Positions 9,990 to 20,820 of a stretch of DNA of 64,000 bases are shown here, piece after piece. A program made the translations under genes and the position numbers. Below the pieces are notes generated by a model. That model saw only the letters and a list, made by a program, of their open reading frames with translations, was not told where the DNA came from and ran no database searches. Within the stretch, counting starts at the first letter, position 1. Every line of letters begins with the position of its first letter. This stretch comes from Alphaproteobacteria bacterium (GTDB lineage Bacteria > Pseudomonadota > Alphaproteobacteria > JAJTHO01 > CANGYM01): NCBI GenBank assembly GCA_044372405.1, contig JBILRW010000003.1:13381-77380 (forward strand). The letters run 5' to 3'.

Positions 9990-11006
9990 ATGCGTATTCT
10001 GGTTGCCGGTCATTTTAAATACGCCATGCATTACGGCATTATGCAAAAGCTGTATCATGCCATGATCCGTCTGGGACATGCCGTGGTGCTGTTTGATGAT
10101 CGCGCCGTGGCCCGGCGGTCCACCTGGTTCGGCGGTCGACAAGTTGGCATTGCGCCGATGAATCTGCGGTTTTTAAAGGCCGCCCAGGAATTTCAGCCGG
10201 ATATCATTCTGCTGGGGCATTGTGAAATGATCTGGAATGTGACGCTGGATCAAATTCGTAAAAGTCTGCCCAGTGTAAAAATCCTTTACCGTAATGTGGA
10301 TCCCCTGATGCATGTTCAGAATGTGAAGGATATTCACAATCGCACGGACAGCGTCGATTGGATTTTTTTAACGACGGCGGGGGGGGCTTTATCCCAGTTT
10401 TCCGGAAAACGGGCGAAAATTGCCCATATTCCCAACCCCGTGGATCCCGCCATTGAAACCGAGCGGGCCTTTGCTGCCAGCACCTATACCCACGATTTGT
10501 TTTATGCCATTGGGGGCATTTATGAAAACGATCCACGTCCGCTGGTGGCCCAGGGAATTTTAGCCGCATGTCCCAACGTAAGGTGCTATTTCGGGGGGAT
10601 GGGGGATCCGCATCTGTTTGGGCCGGCCTATTATGCCAAGCTGGCCACGGTGAAAATGGGTCTGAATTACAGCCGCGAAAATGATGTGTATCTGTATTCT
10701 TCGGATCGCATGGCCCAATATATGGGCAATGGCTTGTTGACGTTTGTGCATCGGGAGACGGGTTTTGGGGAAATTTTCTCCGATGACGAGATTGCCTTTT
10801 TTTCAAATACCGACGAACTACACGAAAAAATCCGTTTTTTTGCCCAAAATGATGATCACCGGGCCCGCGTGGCCCGCCAGGGGTGGGAAAAAATTCACAC
10901 AGTGTTTTCCAGCGAACAGGTGGCGCGGTTTATGATGCAGTGCGCCCTGAATCAGCCCATTTTGCCAGGGCAATTTGCCTGGCCGGTGGATGTTTTTTTA
11001 AGGTAG
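9990..11006 (+). CDS. Glycosyltransferase-like protein (CgeB/DUF3880-like GT1 fold)
   Basis: 338 aa with a MRILVAGHF N-terminus and a GT-B-like C-terminal half. Assignment by resemblance only. Confidence 0.4.
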   Translation: MRILVAGHFKYAMHYGIMQKLYHAMIRLGHAVVLFDDRAVARRSTWFGGRQVGIAPMNLRFLKAAQEFQPDIILLGHCEMIWNVTLDQIRKSLPSVKILYRNVDPLMHVQNVKDIHNRTDSVDWIFLTTAGGALSQFSGKRAKIAHIPNPVDPAIETERAFAASTYTHDLFYAIGGIYENDPRPLVAQGILAACPNVRCYFGGMGDPHLFGPAYYAKLATVKMGLNYSRENDVYLYSSDRMAQYMGNGLLTFVHRETGFGEIFSDDEIAFFSNTDELHEKIRFFAQNDDHRARVARQGWEKIHTVFSSEQVARFMMQCALNQPILPGQFAWPVDVFLR

Positions 11007-11013
11007 AAACCCC

Positions 11014-13122
11014 TTACCCAAACCCATACCGCGCCAACACCTCCCGCACCAAAGCCCGGCGGTTGGTCCCATAAACCGGATCGTTGATGCGCAGGGCATC
11101 CAGCAGGGCATTCACAGGCTGCGAGAGGGCCAGCAACGCCTGAAGCCGAACCGTTTCCCCCGTCAAACTCACCGTTTCGGGCGAGGGCGGCAGGGCGTTC
11201 AGCCCCTGATAAACCTGTTTTTCCAGGGGGTCGTGTAATAAACTTTCGTCAAGAAGGGCTGTTTCGCCGCCCCATAATCCTTTCAGCCGAATCATGGTGG
11301 CCTGAAGGGTTTCGCGGTCCGAAAAATCAGCCAAGGCCTTGGCCTTCACCCAAAGGGCCACCAAATCCACGGGGGGCCCCTCAGGCGGTAAAACATCCCG
11401 CACAATGTCCAAAGGAATATCGTGCTCGTCCGTCAACGTGGTAATGGCTTTATCGAGCAGAAAGGCCTGGACCTCTTGAAATACTTTATCCGCAAAGGGT
11501 TTGTTGGCTTCGGGATAATGATGCTGGATCATGATTTCTTTCAGATACGTCATATCAAAGGAAGGAATATGGGGATTGCCCACCATCAACCCCACAATCC
11601 CGTACGCCAAACGGCGCAGGCCATAAGGGTCCTTACTGCCCGTGGTTTTTTCACCGGCGGCAAAAAAGCTGAGCAAACTGTCCAAACGATCCACCAGGGC
11701 CAGGGCTGTGGCCAAGGGATTGTTTCTGAAAAACGTTTCACGCACAAAATTGACCAGTTGGTATTGTGTGGCGATGGCCTTGACGATCTCCGAATCTTCC
11801 CCCTGATGCTGGGCGTAAAAGGACCCCACGTGTCCCTGCAATTCCGGAAATTCCCCCACCATCCCCGTGGCCAAATCGGCTTTGGATAACGTGACGGCCC
11901 GCAAGAGTTTAGGGAGGTCCACCCCCTGCACCAACGCGGCCACAACGGGGGCCAGGGCCTTCATCCGCTGGACTTTGCCATAAACGGAGGGGTCCAGGCC
12001 CAGCTTGACCAATCCCGCATGAAACGTGCGGGATTTTAGGGAATCGTTATAGGATGCTAGGGGTTGTTTTAAATCCGTTTCCCAAAAAAACGCGGCATCG
12101 GACAGACGGGCCCGCAAAACGCGCTCGTTCCCGTGAATGATACCCTGGGGGACATCGGGATCCACGCGGTTGGCCACCCCCACAAAATAGGGGGCCAGGG
12201 ACCCATCGCCATGCTGGGTGGCAAAGTATTTCTGATGCACCGCCATGACGGTTTTGATAATGGGGGCCGGTAGGTGCATAAAATCAGCGTCGATTCGGCC
12301 AATGAACGGGGCGGGGTAATCGATGAGCTTACTGATGTGACTATCGAGGTGTATATCTATGGTGTCTATCGGAAAGCCAAGGGGTAAGGGAACATTGTTT
12401 TTTTCACAAAGTTCGCGAACCATTCGAATCATTTTGGTATAGCGCTCTCCGGAATCCCCGATAATGCCGTGTTGGCCCAAGGCACGCTCATACGTTTCTG
12501 GCGTCACCGGGACATCCGGCGCCCCGTTTAATCCCAAACGCCCCAGCGACAGGTTGCTATAGGGCAGAATCCGCGGCCCCGTTGTGTCAGTAACGTACTG
12601 GGGGGCGTGGTTTCCATGTCCCAAAAACAATCCCCCAGGCAAAACCTGATCATCCACCATGGCCACAATCCGGCGCAGGGGCCGCACCCATCGCAGCGTC
12701 GCATCCCCCCATGTCATGGATTTTGGCCAAGGATAGGTCATGATAAAATCAGCAAGGGCGGGGGCCAGGGCCTCCGCCAGAGGAACGGGCGGCGTTGTGA
12801 CTGTGGCAATGTGAAACGTCCCCTTGGGGGTTTCTGCCACGGAAAATGTGGCATCCGCATACCTCTCCTGGAATTTGGCCACAACATCGGCAGGGGCGGT
12901 TGTTTTGGGGCCGCGGATTTCTTCGGATCGTGCGGGTAAGGTTGCGGGTAAATTGTTCACCAAAAAAGCAATACGACGCGGCGCATCAAAGGTGACAAAA
13001 GGAGCATCAGGCAGGCCCACCTTTTCCAGCAGGACGGCAAAGGGTTCCCTCAGCTTTGTTTCCTCCGTTAAAAAACGGGCGGGAATTTCTTCGCTGTTTA
13101 GCTCTAGCAGGAAATCAACCAT
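11014..13122 (-). CDS. glyS: Glycine--tRNA ligase beta subunit
   Basis: The true start is most likely [18 protein letters not shown] (ATG at 13122). Conserved GlyS domains lie downstream. The track ORF extends to 13215, but that 5-prime extension overlaps glyQ. Confidence 0.85.
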   Translation of the reverse strand: MVDFLLELNSEEIPARFLTEETKLREPFAVLLEKVGLPDAPFVTFDAPRRIAFLVNNLPATLPARSEEIRGPKTTAPADVVAKFQERYADATFSVAETPKGTFHIATVTTPPVPLAEALAPALADFIMTYPWPKSMTWGDATLRWVRPLRRIVAMVDDQVLPGGLFLGHGNHAPQYVTDTTGPRILPYSNLSLGRLGLNGAPDVPVTPETYERALGQHGIIGDSGERYTKMIRMVRELCEKNNVPLPLGFPIDTIDIHLDSHISKLIDYPAPFIGRIDADFMHLPAPIIKTVMAVHQKYFATQHGDGSLAPYFVGVANRVDPDVPQGIIHGNERVLRARLSDAAFFWETDLKQPLASYNDSLKSRTFHAGLVKLGLDPSVYGKVQRMKALAPVVAALVQGVDLPKLLRAVTLSKADLATGMVGEFPELQGHVGSFYAQHQGEDSEIVKAIATQYQLVNFVRETFFRNNPLATALALVDRLDSLLSFFAAGEKTTGSKDPYGLRRLAYGIVGLMVGNPHIPSFDMTYLKEIMIQHHYPEANKPFADKVFQEVQAFLLDKAITTLTDEHDIPLDIVRDVLPPEGPPVDLVALWVKAKALADFSDRETLQATMIRLKGLWGGETALLDESLLHDPLEKQVYQGLNALPPSPETVSLTGETVRLQALLALSQPVNALLDALRINDPVYGTNRRALVREVLARYGFG

Positions 13123-13999
13123 GGGCGGGTTCCCCTTGTGTTTGTTTCTCGGCGTAGGCTTCGCAGCAGGCCTTGGCCAGGGCCCGGATGCGGCCAATGG
13201 TGCGGGCGCGTTCATTCACCCCGATCATTCCCCGGGCATCCATCAAATTAAACAAATGACTGGCGGCAATGGCCTGTTCATAGGCGGGCAGAATCAATCC
13301 CAAAGACAAAAGGCGCGGACATTCAATTTCTGCTGTTTCAAAGGCGTGTTTCAGGGCCTGGGTATCGGCGGCCTCAAAATTATACGCCGATTGTTGTTGT
13401 TCGTTGGCCAAAAACACATCGCCGTAGGTCATGGGATAACGGGACGCCGGGTCATTAAACGCCAGATCATAAACATTTTCGCGGCCCTGAATGTACATGG
13501 CCAGGCGCTCTAATCCGTATGTTAATTCAACAGAAACAGGGGAACAGGGGATACCCCCCACCTGCTGAAAATAGGTAAATTGTGTGATTTCCATGCCGTC
13601 ACACCAGACTTCCCAACCCAAACCGGCGGCCCCCAGGGTGGGGCTTTCCCAGTCATCCTCAACAAAGCGAATGTCGTGATCGCTCAGGGACAGGCCAATG
13701 GCGGCCAAACTGGACAAATACAGCGCCTGAACATTGTCGGGGCTGGGTTTTAAAATCACCTGAAACTGATAATAATGCTGTAACCGGTTGGGATTGTTCC
13801 CATATCGCCCATCGGTGGGACGGCGACAGGGCTGAGGATACGCCGCGCACCAGGGATCCGGCCCCAAACATTTCAACGCGGTGGCAGGATGAAACGTCCC
13901 CGCGCCCATTTCTTTGTCATAGGGTTGCAACAACACACACCCCTGGCGGGACCAGAACTGTTGCAGGGTTAAAATAATGTCTTGAAAGGCGAGGCTCAT
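13115..13999 (-). CDS. glyQ: Glycine--tRNA ligase alpha subunit
   Basis: [28 protein letters not shown] is the canonical GlyQ N-terminus, with ATG at 13999. The upstream extension in the track uses TTG. Confidence 0.9.
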   Translation of the reverse strand: MSLAFQDIILTLQQFWSRQGCVLLQPYDKEMGAGTFHPATALKCLGPDPWCAAYPQPCRRPTDGRYGNNPNRLQHYYQFQVILKPSPDNVQALYLSSLAAIGLSLSDHDIRFVEDDWESPTLGAAGLGWEVWCDGMEITQFTYFQQVGGIPCSPVSVELTYGLERLAMYIQGRENVYDLAFNDPASRYPMTYGDVFLANEQQQSAYNFEAADTQALKHAFETAEIECPRLLSLGLILPAYEQAIAASHLFNLMDARGMIGVNERARTIGRIRALAKACCEAYAEKQTQGEPAHG

Positions 14000-14158
14000 A
14001 CCCAACGGTGTAGCGAATTTCGGGCGGATGGGCAAGAGGTGGGTTGCTGTTTGAAATAAAGCAGATCGGTGATTTTCCCCCTATCCTTTGGGATTAGAGG
14101 TGCTAAAATGGGTCCCTGAAGGAAGACATATAATATAACGAATGAAAGAGAGTCTCTT

Positions 14159-14728
14159 ATGCCCAGCATCGCCCTTGTTTACCACAGCGGATACGGACAC
14201 ACCGAAAAAGTCGCACGCCTTGTTGCTGAGGGAGCTGCCTCCGTACCCGGTGTGACGGTCAAAGTCTTTAACGCTGAAGAGGCCATAGCGCAATTGGATG
14301 CTCTGGATACCTTTGACACGATTATTTTTGGGGCCCCCACTTATATGGGATCGGCTTCAGCGGGGTTTAAGACCTTTGCCGATGCTACGGCCAAAAAATG
14401 GTTTACGCAGGCTTGGAAGGATAAGGTAGCGGCCGGATTTACCAATTCCGGGGGATTAAGTGGGGATAAATTATCAACGTTGCAGTCTTTTTCTATTCTG
14501 GCGGCCCAGCATGGGATGATTTGGGTGGGCTTGGCGGACTCAACACCTTCACCTACATCAGGTCATGGCGCCACACCGGATATGATCAATCGTATTGGTA
14601 GTTATTTGGGCCTCATGACGCAATCAGACAACGCCAGCCCTGAAAACACCCCATCCCCTGGGGATCAAGAAACCGCCCGTCGTTTTGGGGTGCGGATTGC
14701 CGACATCACCAAACGTTGGGCCCGGTAA
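14159..14728 (+). CDS. Flavodoxin-like NAD(P)H:quinone oxidoreductase (WrbA-type)
   Basis: 189 aa with a flavodoxin-like fold, N-terminus SIALVYHSGYGHTEKVA, and a TNSGG loop. Confidence 0.65.
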   Translation: MPSIALVYHSGYGHTEKVARLVAEGAASVPGVTVKVFNAEEAIAQLDALDTFDTIIFGAPTYMGSASAGFKTFADATAKKWFTQAWKDKVAAGFTNSGGLSGDKLSTLQSFSILAAQHGMIWVGLADSTPSPTSGHGATPDMINRIGSYLGLMTQSDNASPENTPSPGDQETARRFGVRIADITKRWAR

Positions 14729-14729
14729 C

Positions 14730-15662
14730 ATGAACGGGTTGTGGCTTTTTCCTGGACAGGGCAGTCAGTCTGTGGGTATGGGCGTTACGTTGGCAGAGTC
14801 CTTTGCCGAGGCCAGAGAGGTTTTTGGCGAAGTGGATGAGGCCCTGAAAATCAACCTGTTTCGCCTGATGAAGGAAGGACCGCTGGAGGATCTCACCCTG
14901 ACCAAAAACGCCCAACCCGCCATTATGGCCGTGAGTTTGGCGGTGGTGCGTATTTTAAAAAAACAAGCAAAGCTGGATGTGGCCACCACGGGCCGTTTTG
15001 CAGCGGGGCACTCTTTGGGGGAATACAGCGCGGTGGCGGCCCTGGGGATGCTCTCTTTGGCCCATACGGCTCAGGTCCTTCAAATACGGGGACGGGCGAT
15101 GCAAAACGCTGTTCCCCCCGGACAAGGGGGCATGATCGCCGTTTTGGGGGCGTCTTTGGCCGATGTTGAGGCGGCGGTTGCCCGCTATCCAACGTGTGTT
15201 TTGGCCAATGATAATGCTGAGGGACAGATTGTGTTGAGCGGCCCGCTGAAGGATTTAGAGGGCTGCTCTGAGGCCCTGAAACCCCTGGCCAAGCGCATTC
15301 TGCCCCTGCCCGTCAGTGCCCCCTTTCACAGCCCCGCCATGAAACCGGCGGCGGAGGCCGTGGCGGAAGCGTTGGCGGCGCGGCCCCTTTCGTCTCAGGC
15401 CCCCTACCCCATTATCAGCAACGTGACGGCCCAGCCAGAAACGACCGGATGGGATGATTTGTTGGTGCAGCAAATCACGGGACGGGTTCGCTGGCGTGAC
15501 ATTATGGATTATGCCGATACCCAAGATCTATCCTGGGCGGTGGAATTGGGCCATGGCAATGTGTTAACCAACCTGGCCAAACGCCGTTTAAAAGAAACAA
15601 CCTGTCTGAACCTGTCTGATCCCAAGGGGTTAGAGGTGTTTGTGGAAACGGTGATGGCTTAG
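14730..15662 (+). CDS. fabD: Malonyl CoA-acyl carrier protein transacylase
   Basis: FPGQGSQ and GHSLGEYSA active-site motifs. ATG at 14730 lies 1 nt after the upstream stop. Confidence 0.85.
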   Translation: MNGLWLFPGQGSQSVGMGVTLAESFAEAREVFGEVDEALKINLFRLMKEGPLEDLTLTKNAQPAIMAVSLAVVRILKKQAKLDVATTGRFAAGHSLGEYSAVAALGMLSLAHTAQVLQIRGRAMQNAVPPGQGGMIAVLGASLADVEAAVARYPTCVLANDNAEGQIVLSGPLKDLEGCSEALKPLAKRILPLPVSAPFHSPAMKPAAEAVAEALAARPLSSQAPYPIISNVTAQPETTGWDDLLVQQITGRVRWRDIMDYADTQDLSWAVELGHGNVLTNLAKRRLKETTCLNLSDPKGLEVFVETVMA

Positions 15663-15703
15663 GCATATAAGCATCCAGACCCCCTTGTTAACCCCCCAAA
15701 ACC

Positions 15704-16381
15704 TTGCCACAATCGCGTTTTAAAAAAACGGATCCTTTGGCTGTGATACCTGCCTCATCTCTATTGCAGATAGATATTTTCCGGCTAAGGCGGGGCGGGC
15801 GGGTGTTGTTCAGGGATTTTTCCTTGAGCCTATCCCCCGGGGATTGTGTTCACATCACAGGACCCAACGGGGTGGGAAAGTCGTCGTTTCTGCGGGCCAT
15901 GGTGGGGCTGCTGCCGTTTCAGGGGACGATCCTCAAAACGCCGGGTATCTTATTTTTGCCCACGGAACAGGATTTTCCCCATGGGCAAACCGTTTATGAG
16001 TATCAACGCTTATGGCGAACGTTTGAGGAGGTTATCCTGAACGATTCGCCCCTTACCTCCTTAAACCAAGAAAAAATTTTCCTGCCCAAAGATGTTTTCA
16101 CCAAACGCATCGATCGGCTTTCTTCGGGTATGCAGCAACGGGTGAGGCTGTCGCGTTTGGGGGACACGCGGGCCGTGCTCTGGATTTTGGATGAACCGTG
16201 GCAGCATTTGGATCGAGAGGCCGCTGGCGTGCTCGATAATTGCATCATGGCCCACCTAAAACGCGGGGGGGCGGTGATCTTCACCAGCCATGACCAGCGC
16301 GTTTTTTCTTTTGAAACGGCGAGCGTGGATCTTTCCGCCCTGATACCCACGGCATTGGCGGAGGACGCATGGCCCTTTTAA
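15704..16381 (+). CDS. ccmA: Cytochrome c biogenesis heme exporter ATP-binding protein CcmA
   Basis: Walker A GPNGVGKSS and an ABC signature-like LSSGMQQR. Followed by ccmB, ccmC and ccmD. The annotated start is TTG at 15704; a later GTG at about 15735 is possible. Confidence 0.75.
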   Translation: MPQSRFKKTDPLAVIPASSLLQIDIFRLRRGGRVLFRDFSLSLSPGDCVHITGPNGVGKSSFLRAMVGLLPFQGTILKTPGILFLPTEQDFPHGQTVYEYQRLWRTFEEVILNDSPLTSLNQEKIFLPKDVFTKRIDRLSSGMQQRVRLSRLGDTRAVLWILDEPWQHLDREAAGVLDNCIMAHLKRGGAVIFTSHDQRVFSFETASVDLSALIPTALAEDAWPF

Positions 16382-16998
16382 CCTGGATGATCCGCGCCAC
16401 GTGGCAGCAACGACGTGGCCACGGACAGGACCTGATGTTGCAAATCCTCTTCATGGTGGCCCTGATTATCATTGGCCATTTTGGGGGCAGTTTGGCCATG
16501 AATCCGGTTTCTTTTGTGTGGGTGAGTCTCCTCATCACCCACATGATCGGCATGGGATGGGGGGCGCGGGACAGCAATTCTCTCCCCACGGCGCTGTTAA
16601 TGCATAATATCCCCCTGATTGCCTGGGTTTGGGTACAGGTTCTGGCGATGGTTTTAACGCGGGGGTTGTTCATGACGGGCTTTTCGCTGTTGGTTTTGGG
16701 GGTTTATGGGCCGGTTTCCTGGACGTTGGCCGTGGTGATTGGGCTGAGTCTGATCCCCTTAATCCTCTACCGTCTGCTGATGGAAAGCATGATGGGGGCG
16801 GGGGTGCTGGGGTTTGTTTGGCTTTGTCCCCTGCTGACGCCGCTGCTGATTTTTGGGCTGGATACCGTGCAAAGGGCCGCCAGTGGCACGCTGACTTTTG
16901 CCGGGGGTACCGTTTACGGTCTGATGTACCTCCTCTTTTGTATTGCGGTTTTGCCCTGGATCGTGGCATGGATGATGAAGGAACGCATGACCTCATGA
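16369..16998 (+). CDS. ccmB: Heme exporter protein CcmB
   Basis: 209-aa polytopic membrane protein in the ccm operon position. Overlaps the ccmA end. Confidence 0.75.
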   Translation: MALLTWMIRATWQQRRGHGQDLMLQILFMVALIIIGHFGGSLAMNPVSFVWVSLLITHMIGMGWGARDSNSLPTALLMHNIPLIAWVWVQVLAMVLTRGLFMTGFSLLVLGVYGPVSWTLAVVIGLSLIPLILYRLLMESMMGAGVLGFVWLCPLLTPLLIFGLDTVQRAASGTLTFAGGTVYGLMYLLFCIAVLPWIVAWMMKERMTS

Positions 16999-17720
16999 CA
17001 TCACCCGCCCGATTTTCTCTGCATGCTTTGGCCAGGCCCGCAATGTTTTTGCGCCTGGCGGGGGGTGTTTGCGGGGTTCTGGCCCCGTTTACGATGTTTC
17101 TGTTTGTGGTGGGCCTTCCTTGGGCGCTGTGGCTTTCGCCGCCGGATCGATTGCACGGGGATTTGGTTCGGCTGATGTATATTCACGTGCCCGCCGCCTG
17201 GGCGGGGATGATGGCTTACGCCCTGTGCGGCCTTTCGGGGGCGGGATATTGGATTTGGCGGCATCCCGTGGCCAGCTTGATTTCTGAGGGCTTTGCCGAA
17301 ATGGCCGCCATCCTTTCCGCCTTGTGCCTGATAACCGGTATGTTGTGGGGCAAGCCCGCCTGGGGCGCCTGGTGGGTATGGGATATGCGTCTGACCACTA
17401 TGCTGCTCCTTTTTTTGTTATCAGTGAGCGTTCTGTTAAGCTACACCCTGATTACACCCCCCGCGTTATCCCGAAAAATCGGGGCCATGTTGGCCACGGT
17501 GGGGTTGATCAACTTGCCGCTTATTTCTTTTTCCGTGACCTGGTGGACCACGCTGCATCAGCCCGCCAGCATCCGGTGGTTTGCCAAAGACAGCATGGAC
17601 ATTGCCATGAAGGCCCCCTTACTCACCATGGCCCTGGCGTTTACGGCCTTTACCCTGTGGGCGGCGTTGCGCCGGGCCATGCTGCGGCTGCAAGCCCTAA
17701 AAGAATCTCGGGGCCTGTGA
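16995..17720 (+). CDS. ccmC: Heme exporter protein CcmC
   Basis: ATGA overlap with the ccmB stop. Starts MTSPARFSL, and the Trp-rich WGAWWVWD motif is present. The track ORF (16629-17720) overextends 5-prime. Confidence 0.8.
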   Translation: MTSPARFSLHALARPAMFLRLAGGVCGVLAPFTMFLFVVGLPWALWLSPPDRLHGDLVRLMYIHVPAAWAGMMAYALCGLSGAGYWIWRHPVASLISEGFAEMAAILSALCLITGMLWGKPAWGAWWVWDMRLTTMLLLFLLSVSVLLSYTLITPPALSRKIGAMLATVGLINLPLISFSVTWWTTLHQPASIRWFAKDSMDIAMKAPLLTMALAFTAFTLWAALRRAMLRLQALKESRGL

Positions 17721-17797
17721 TGATGCCGTTTTATGTTTGGATTGGGTATGGTTTGGCCCTTGTTATGCTGGGGTGGCAGGCATGGCGTCTGAAATAA
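17720..17797 (+). CDS. ccmD: Heme exporter protein CcmD (very short, 25 aa)
   Basis: MMPFYVWIGYGLALVMLGWQAWRLK is a single TM helix. Its start overlaps the ccmC stop (TGATG). Position and hydrophobicity fit CcmD. Confidence 0.5.
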   Translation: MMPFYVWIGYGLALVMLGWQAWRLK

Positions 17798-18219
17798 TCA
17801 GCACCTATACCCTAAAAGGGGAAGACGATACCGCCACCTTGGCCCAAGCCCTGGCCAAGAAACGGCAGACTTTCCCCCTGGTGATGACATTAGAGGGCCC
17901 CCTGGGTGTGGGCAAAACCACCTTTATGCGCTTTTATCTGTCCGCCCTGGGCTGGACGGGATCCGTCACCAGCCCCACTTATGGATTGATCCAGGTTTAT
18001 GATCTTTCATGGGGGCCCCTGTGGCATGTTGATTGTTATCGCCTGACCCATCCAGACGATATTTACGAGCTGGGTTTGATTGAGGCCATGGCGCAGCACC
18101 CCTGCTGCATCGAATGGCCCCAGCGGATTGCCCCCTTTTTGCCCCTGCCCCGCCATAGTTTAGTCTTTAATTTTCAGGGCAAGGACGAACGGAGCGTCAC
18201 GCAGGAAATCATTTTCTAA
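17782..18219 (+). CDS. tsaE: tRNA threonylcarbamoyladenosine biosynthesis ATPase TsaE
   Basis: P-loop LEGPLGVGKTTFMR. About 145 aa from the ATG at 17782. Confidence 0.8.
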   Translation: MASEIISTYTLKGEDDTATLAQALAKKRQTFPLVMTLEGPLGVGKTTFMRFYLSALGWTGSVTSPTYGLIQVYDLSWGPLWHVDCYRLTHPDDIYELGLIEAMAQHPCCIEWPQRIAPFLPLPRHSLVFNFQGKDERSVTQEIIF

Positions 18220-19186
18220 CAGGGCTGTTCATGCCACCCGTCATCGCCAAAGCCACCTGATGAACCGACCACGGGATCGTAACCATGCCCCGGGATCCGA
18301 ATCCGGAAAGAATCCAGAGCTTCGTTTTGGTTTCGGGTGGGAATGGCTGATTTTTGATCAGGGACACAAACGCCCCATGCTCATTGATGTATCCTATATA
18401 AGGCAGCGTTGTTTTCCCCCGAATCCTGACGCCAGTCGTGGGATTAAGGGTTGGGTGGGGGCGTGGGTTGTTGAGTTTTGAGAGATTTTTGTCCGTATCC
18501 TGGGATAAAATCGGGGCCTCTGTTTGATGGGGGCGGTAGGTTCCCCCACTGGCCACCGTGTTGTTTTTCATGGGAATCACGAAGCCTTCATCACATACAA
18601 TGGTATTTTCTGAAGTTTCCTCTTGATCCGCATAATCCGTCTGTCCGGAGGAAAGACGCCAGGACCAATCCGGAAAAAAATCCCGCGTTCCCGCCCCCGT
18701 ACACAAAATCACCATGGGCACCGGCAGATTTTGGGGATCCTGAACAGACAACCCATAAAAAACAGGAATGTCTTTCAGATACACTCGACACGCCGCAATA
18801 GGATCCAGCCATCCCCCGCTGGTGAGGTCCGTCCCGCTTTCTGTTATCCTCAGATGATCTTGCCAAAGGGGACTGTGTCGTTTTCCCGCTGGCAGCCGCA
18901 GGGGGGCCGGATGAAAAAAGGTTTGGTTTTGATAGGTCTTTACGGCGTATTCATAGGCCGTCAGAAAAAAATGATCCTCAAAACACGGCGCCGCATGAAT
19001 CAGGGGGTAAAGGGCGCACGCATGATGATGGGACGCACCGTGGGTAAAGGGCTGAGGAGAGGCCTCGCACACCGCCACAGCAAAGCCCTTTTGATGCAGG
19101 GCATGAGCCGTCATGGCCCCGGCCAAACCCGCCCCAATAACCAGAACATCATAGGAACCCATGGTTTTTAGAACATCACCAGCCAT
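18209..19186 (-). CDS. FAD-dependent oxidoreductase (DAO family; MnmC2-like)
   Basis: 325 aa with an N-terminal dinucleotide-binding motif YDVLVIGAGLAG and a DAO-type C-terminus GFGSRG. Confidence 0.55.
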   Translation of the reverse strand: MAGDVLKTMGSYDVLVIGAGLAGAMTAHALHQKGFAVAVCEASPQPFTHGASHHHACALYPLIHAAPCFEDHFFLTAYEYAVKTYQNQTFFHPAPLRLPAGKRHSPLWQDHLRITESGTDLTSGGWLDPIAACRVYLKDIPVFYGLSVQDPQNLPVPMVILCTGAGTRDFFPDWSWRLSSGQTDYADQEETSENTIVCDEGFVIPMKNNTVASGGTYRPHQTEAPILSQDTDKNLSKLNNPRPHPTLNPTTGVRIRGKTTLPYIGYINEHGAFVSLIKNQPFPPETKTKLWILSGFGSRGMVTIPWSVHQVALAMTGGMNSPVRK

Positions 19187-19903
19187 TTAGACTCGCGCCT
19201 GCGCCGCATAACCCCCATCCAGGTTGATGATTTCCCCCGTGACGGAAGGGCTGTTTTGTAAAAACATCAGGGCCGCGTAAATTTCATCCAGGCTGCTTGC
19301 TTTTTTTAGGGGAGAATGATGAACCGCCGCCTGAAAATGGGTGTCACTTTGGCGAACTCCCTTTAATGTCGATCCCAAAGCCACGCCATTAATCCGTGTT
19401 TTCGGGGCCAGGGCAGGGGCCAGATCCAGGGTCAGCCGCCATAAAAGTTGCTTGCCCAATGTATAGCTAAGAAAATCCCCATGATGCAAATGGGTGTGGG
19501 CATCCAGAATGCTCACAATATGATCCGTGTTTTGATACAGCCCCTGAATCAGCATCAAGGGGGCCAACGCATTCACCGCCAAATGATCGTTCAGGCCCTG
19601 CCAGGTCACGGTTTTTAAGGTATCCGGAAAAAATAAAGAGGCATTATGAATCATCAACGCCAGGGGGCCCACGTTGTGAACCTCACCAATGATGCGCTGA
19701 ATATCTTCGGGCTTGCTTAGATCACCCTGAATCAGGGTGCATGATCGACCTTGGGTGTGGATAGCGGCTTGTAAATGCTTGGCCTCAGCCTCAGAAGACC
19801 CATAGTGCAGGACAATATCATAGCCGTCTTTGATCAAGCGCGAAACGAGTTCCGCCCCGATGCGTTTGGCCGCCCCTGTAATAAAAACACGTTTTTGCGT
19901 CAT
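19187..19903 (-). CDS. Short-chain dehydrogenase/reductase (pteridine reductase-like)
   Basis: 238 aa with Rossmann motif VFITGAAKRIG and a YxxxK catalytic motif (SYTLGK). Confidence 0.65.
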   Translation of the reverse strand: MTQKRVFITGAAKRIGAELVSRLIKDGYDIVLHYGSSEAEAKHLQAAIHTQGRSCTLIQGDLSKPEDIQRIIGEVHNVGPLALMIHNASLFFPDTLKTVTWQGLNDHLAVNALAPLMLIQGLYQNTDHIVSILDAHTHLHHGDFLSYTLGKQLLWRLTLDLAPALAPKTRINGVALGSTLKGVRQSDTHFQAAVHHSPLKKASSLDEIYAALMFLQNSPSVTGEIINLDGGYAAQARV

Positions 19904-19960
19904 GACAACAGAATCTTAATAGAGTTTTGATTTTATAGTCTAGCAGGATTCGGAGTTTCC

Positions 19961-20818
19961 ATGAAAGTCATTCTTGGGTTTGTTATCGTTATTGCATGCA
20001 CCTTGGGTGGTTATGTGGCCATGGGCGGGCATTTGGCGGTTTTATGGCAACCTTTTGAGGTTGTGATCATCGTCGGATCCGCCATTGGGGCGTTTGTGAC
20101 GGCCAACACCAAAAGCGTCCTTAAAAAAGTCATGCCCGGCATCAAAGTCGCCATGAAGGGCCCCAAATACAAAAAAACCCACTATGTTGAATTGTTATCC
20201 ATGCTGTTTTTGGTGTTTAAAACCATACGTTCCAAGGGGATTTTGAAGCTGGAGGCCGATATTGAAAATCCCCACGACAGTGAATTATTTCATAAATTTC
20301 CGTTATTTCACCACGATCACCACGCCGTGGATTTTTTGTGTGATTATTTGCGGATGGTTTCGCTGGGCAGTGAAAATGCCTCCCTGATGGAAGACCTGAT
20401 GAACCGGGAATTAGAGGTCCACCACCATGAACAACACAGCGTTGCCCACGCTGTTCAGGGTATGGCCGATGGTATGCCCGCCCTGGGTATTGTCGCGGCC
20501 GTTTTGGGCGTCATTAAAACCATGGGGTCCATTACGGAACCCCCTGAAATTCTTGGAAAATTAATCGGGGGGGCCTTGGTGGGAACCTTTTTGGGTGTTT
20601 GGGTATCTTATGGATATTTTGCCCCCTTGGCCAGTATGATTGGATCCACCTATAACGAGGACGGCGCCTATATGGAATGTATCAAAGCCGGCCTTTTGGC
20701 GCACCTTCAGGGGGGTGCCCCGGCCATATCCATCGAATTTGCGCGAAAAATTTTACCATCCCACGTGCGCCCCAGCTTTGCTGAAGTCGAACAAGCCATT
20801 GATCAGTTGCCGAAATAG
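19961..20818 (+). CDS. motA: Flagellar motor stator protein MotA
   Basis: 285 aa with four TM segments and a MotA/TolQ/ExbB channel signature. Immediately followed by motB. Confidence 0.85.
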   Translation: MKVILGFVIVIACTLGGYVAMGGHLAVLWQPFEVVIIVGSAIGAFVTANTKSVLKKVMPGIKVAMKGPKYKKTHYVELLSMLFLVFKTIRSKGILKLEADIENPHDSELFHKFPLFHHDHHAVDFLCDYLRMVSLGSENASLMEDLMNRELEVHHHEQHSVAHAVQGMADGMPALGIVAAVLGVIKTMGSITEPPEILGKLIGGALVGTFLGVWVSYGYFAPLASMIGSTYNEDGAYMECIKAGLLAHLQGGAPAISIEFARKILPSHVRPSFAEVEQAIDQLPK

Positions 20819-20820
20819 TC

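Noticed and set aside
11014-13215. 5-prime extension of glyS to 13215 ([11 protein letters not shown]...)
   Set aside because: The extension overlaps the glyQ coding region by about 100 nt. The conserved GlyS N-terminus begins at [14 protein letters not shown], with ATG at 13122.
16629-17720. 363-aa ORF spanning ccmB and ccmC in one frame
   Set aside because: The upstream part overlaps ccmB in another frame. The canonical ccmC start MTSPARF is ATGA-coupled at 16995.
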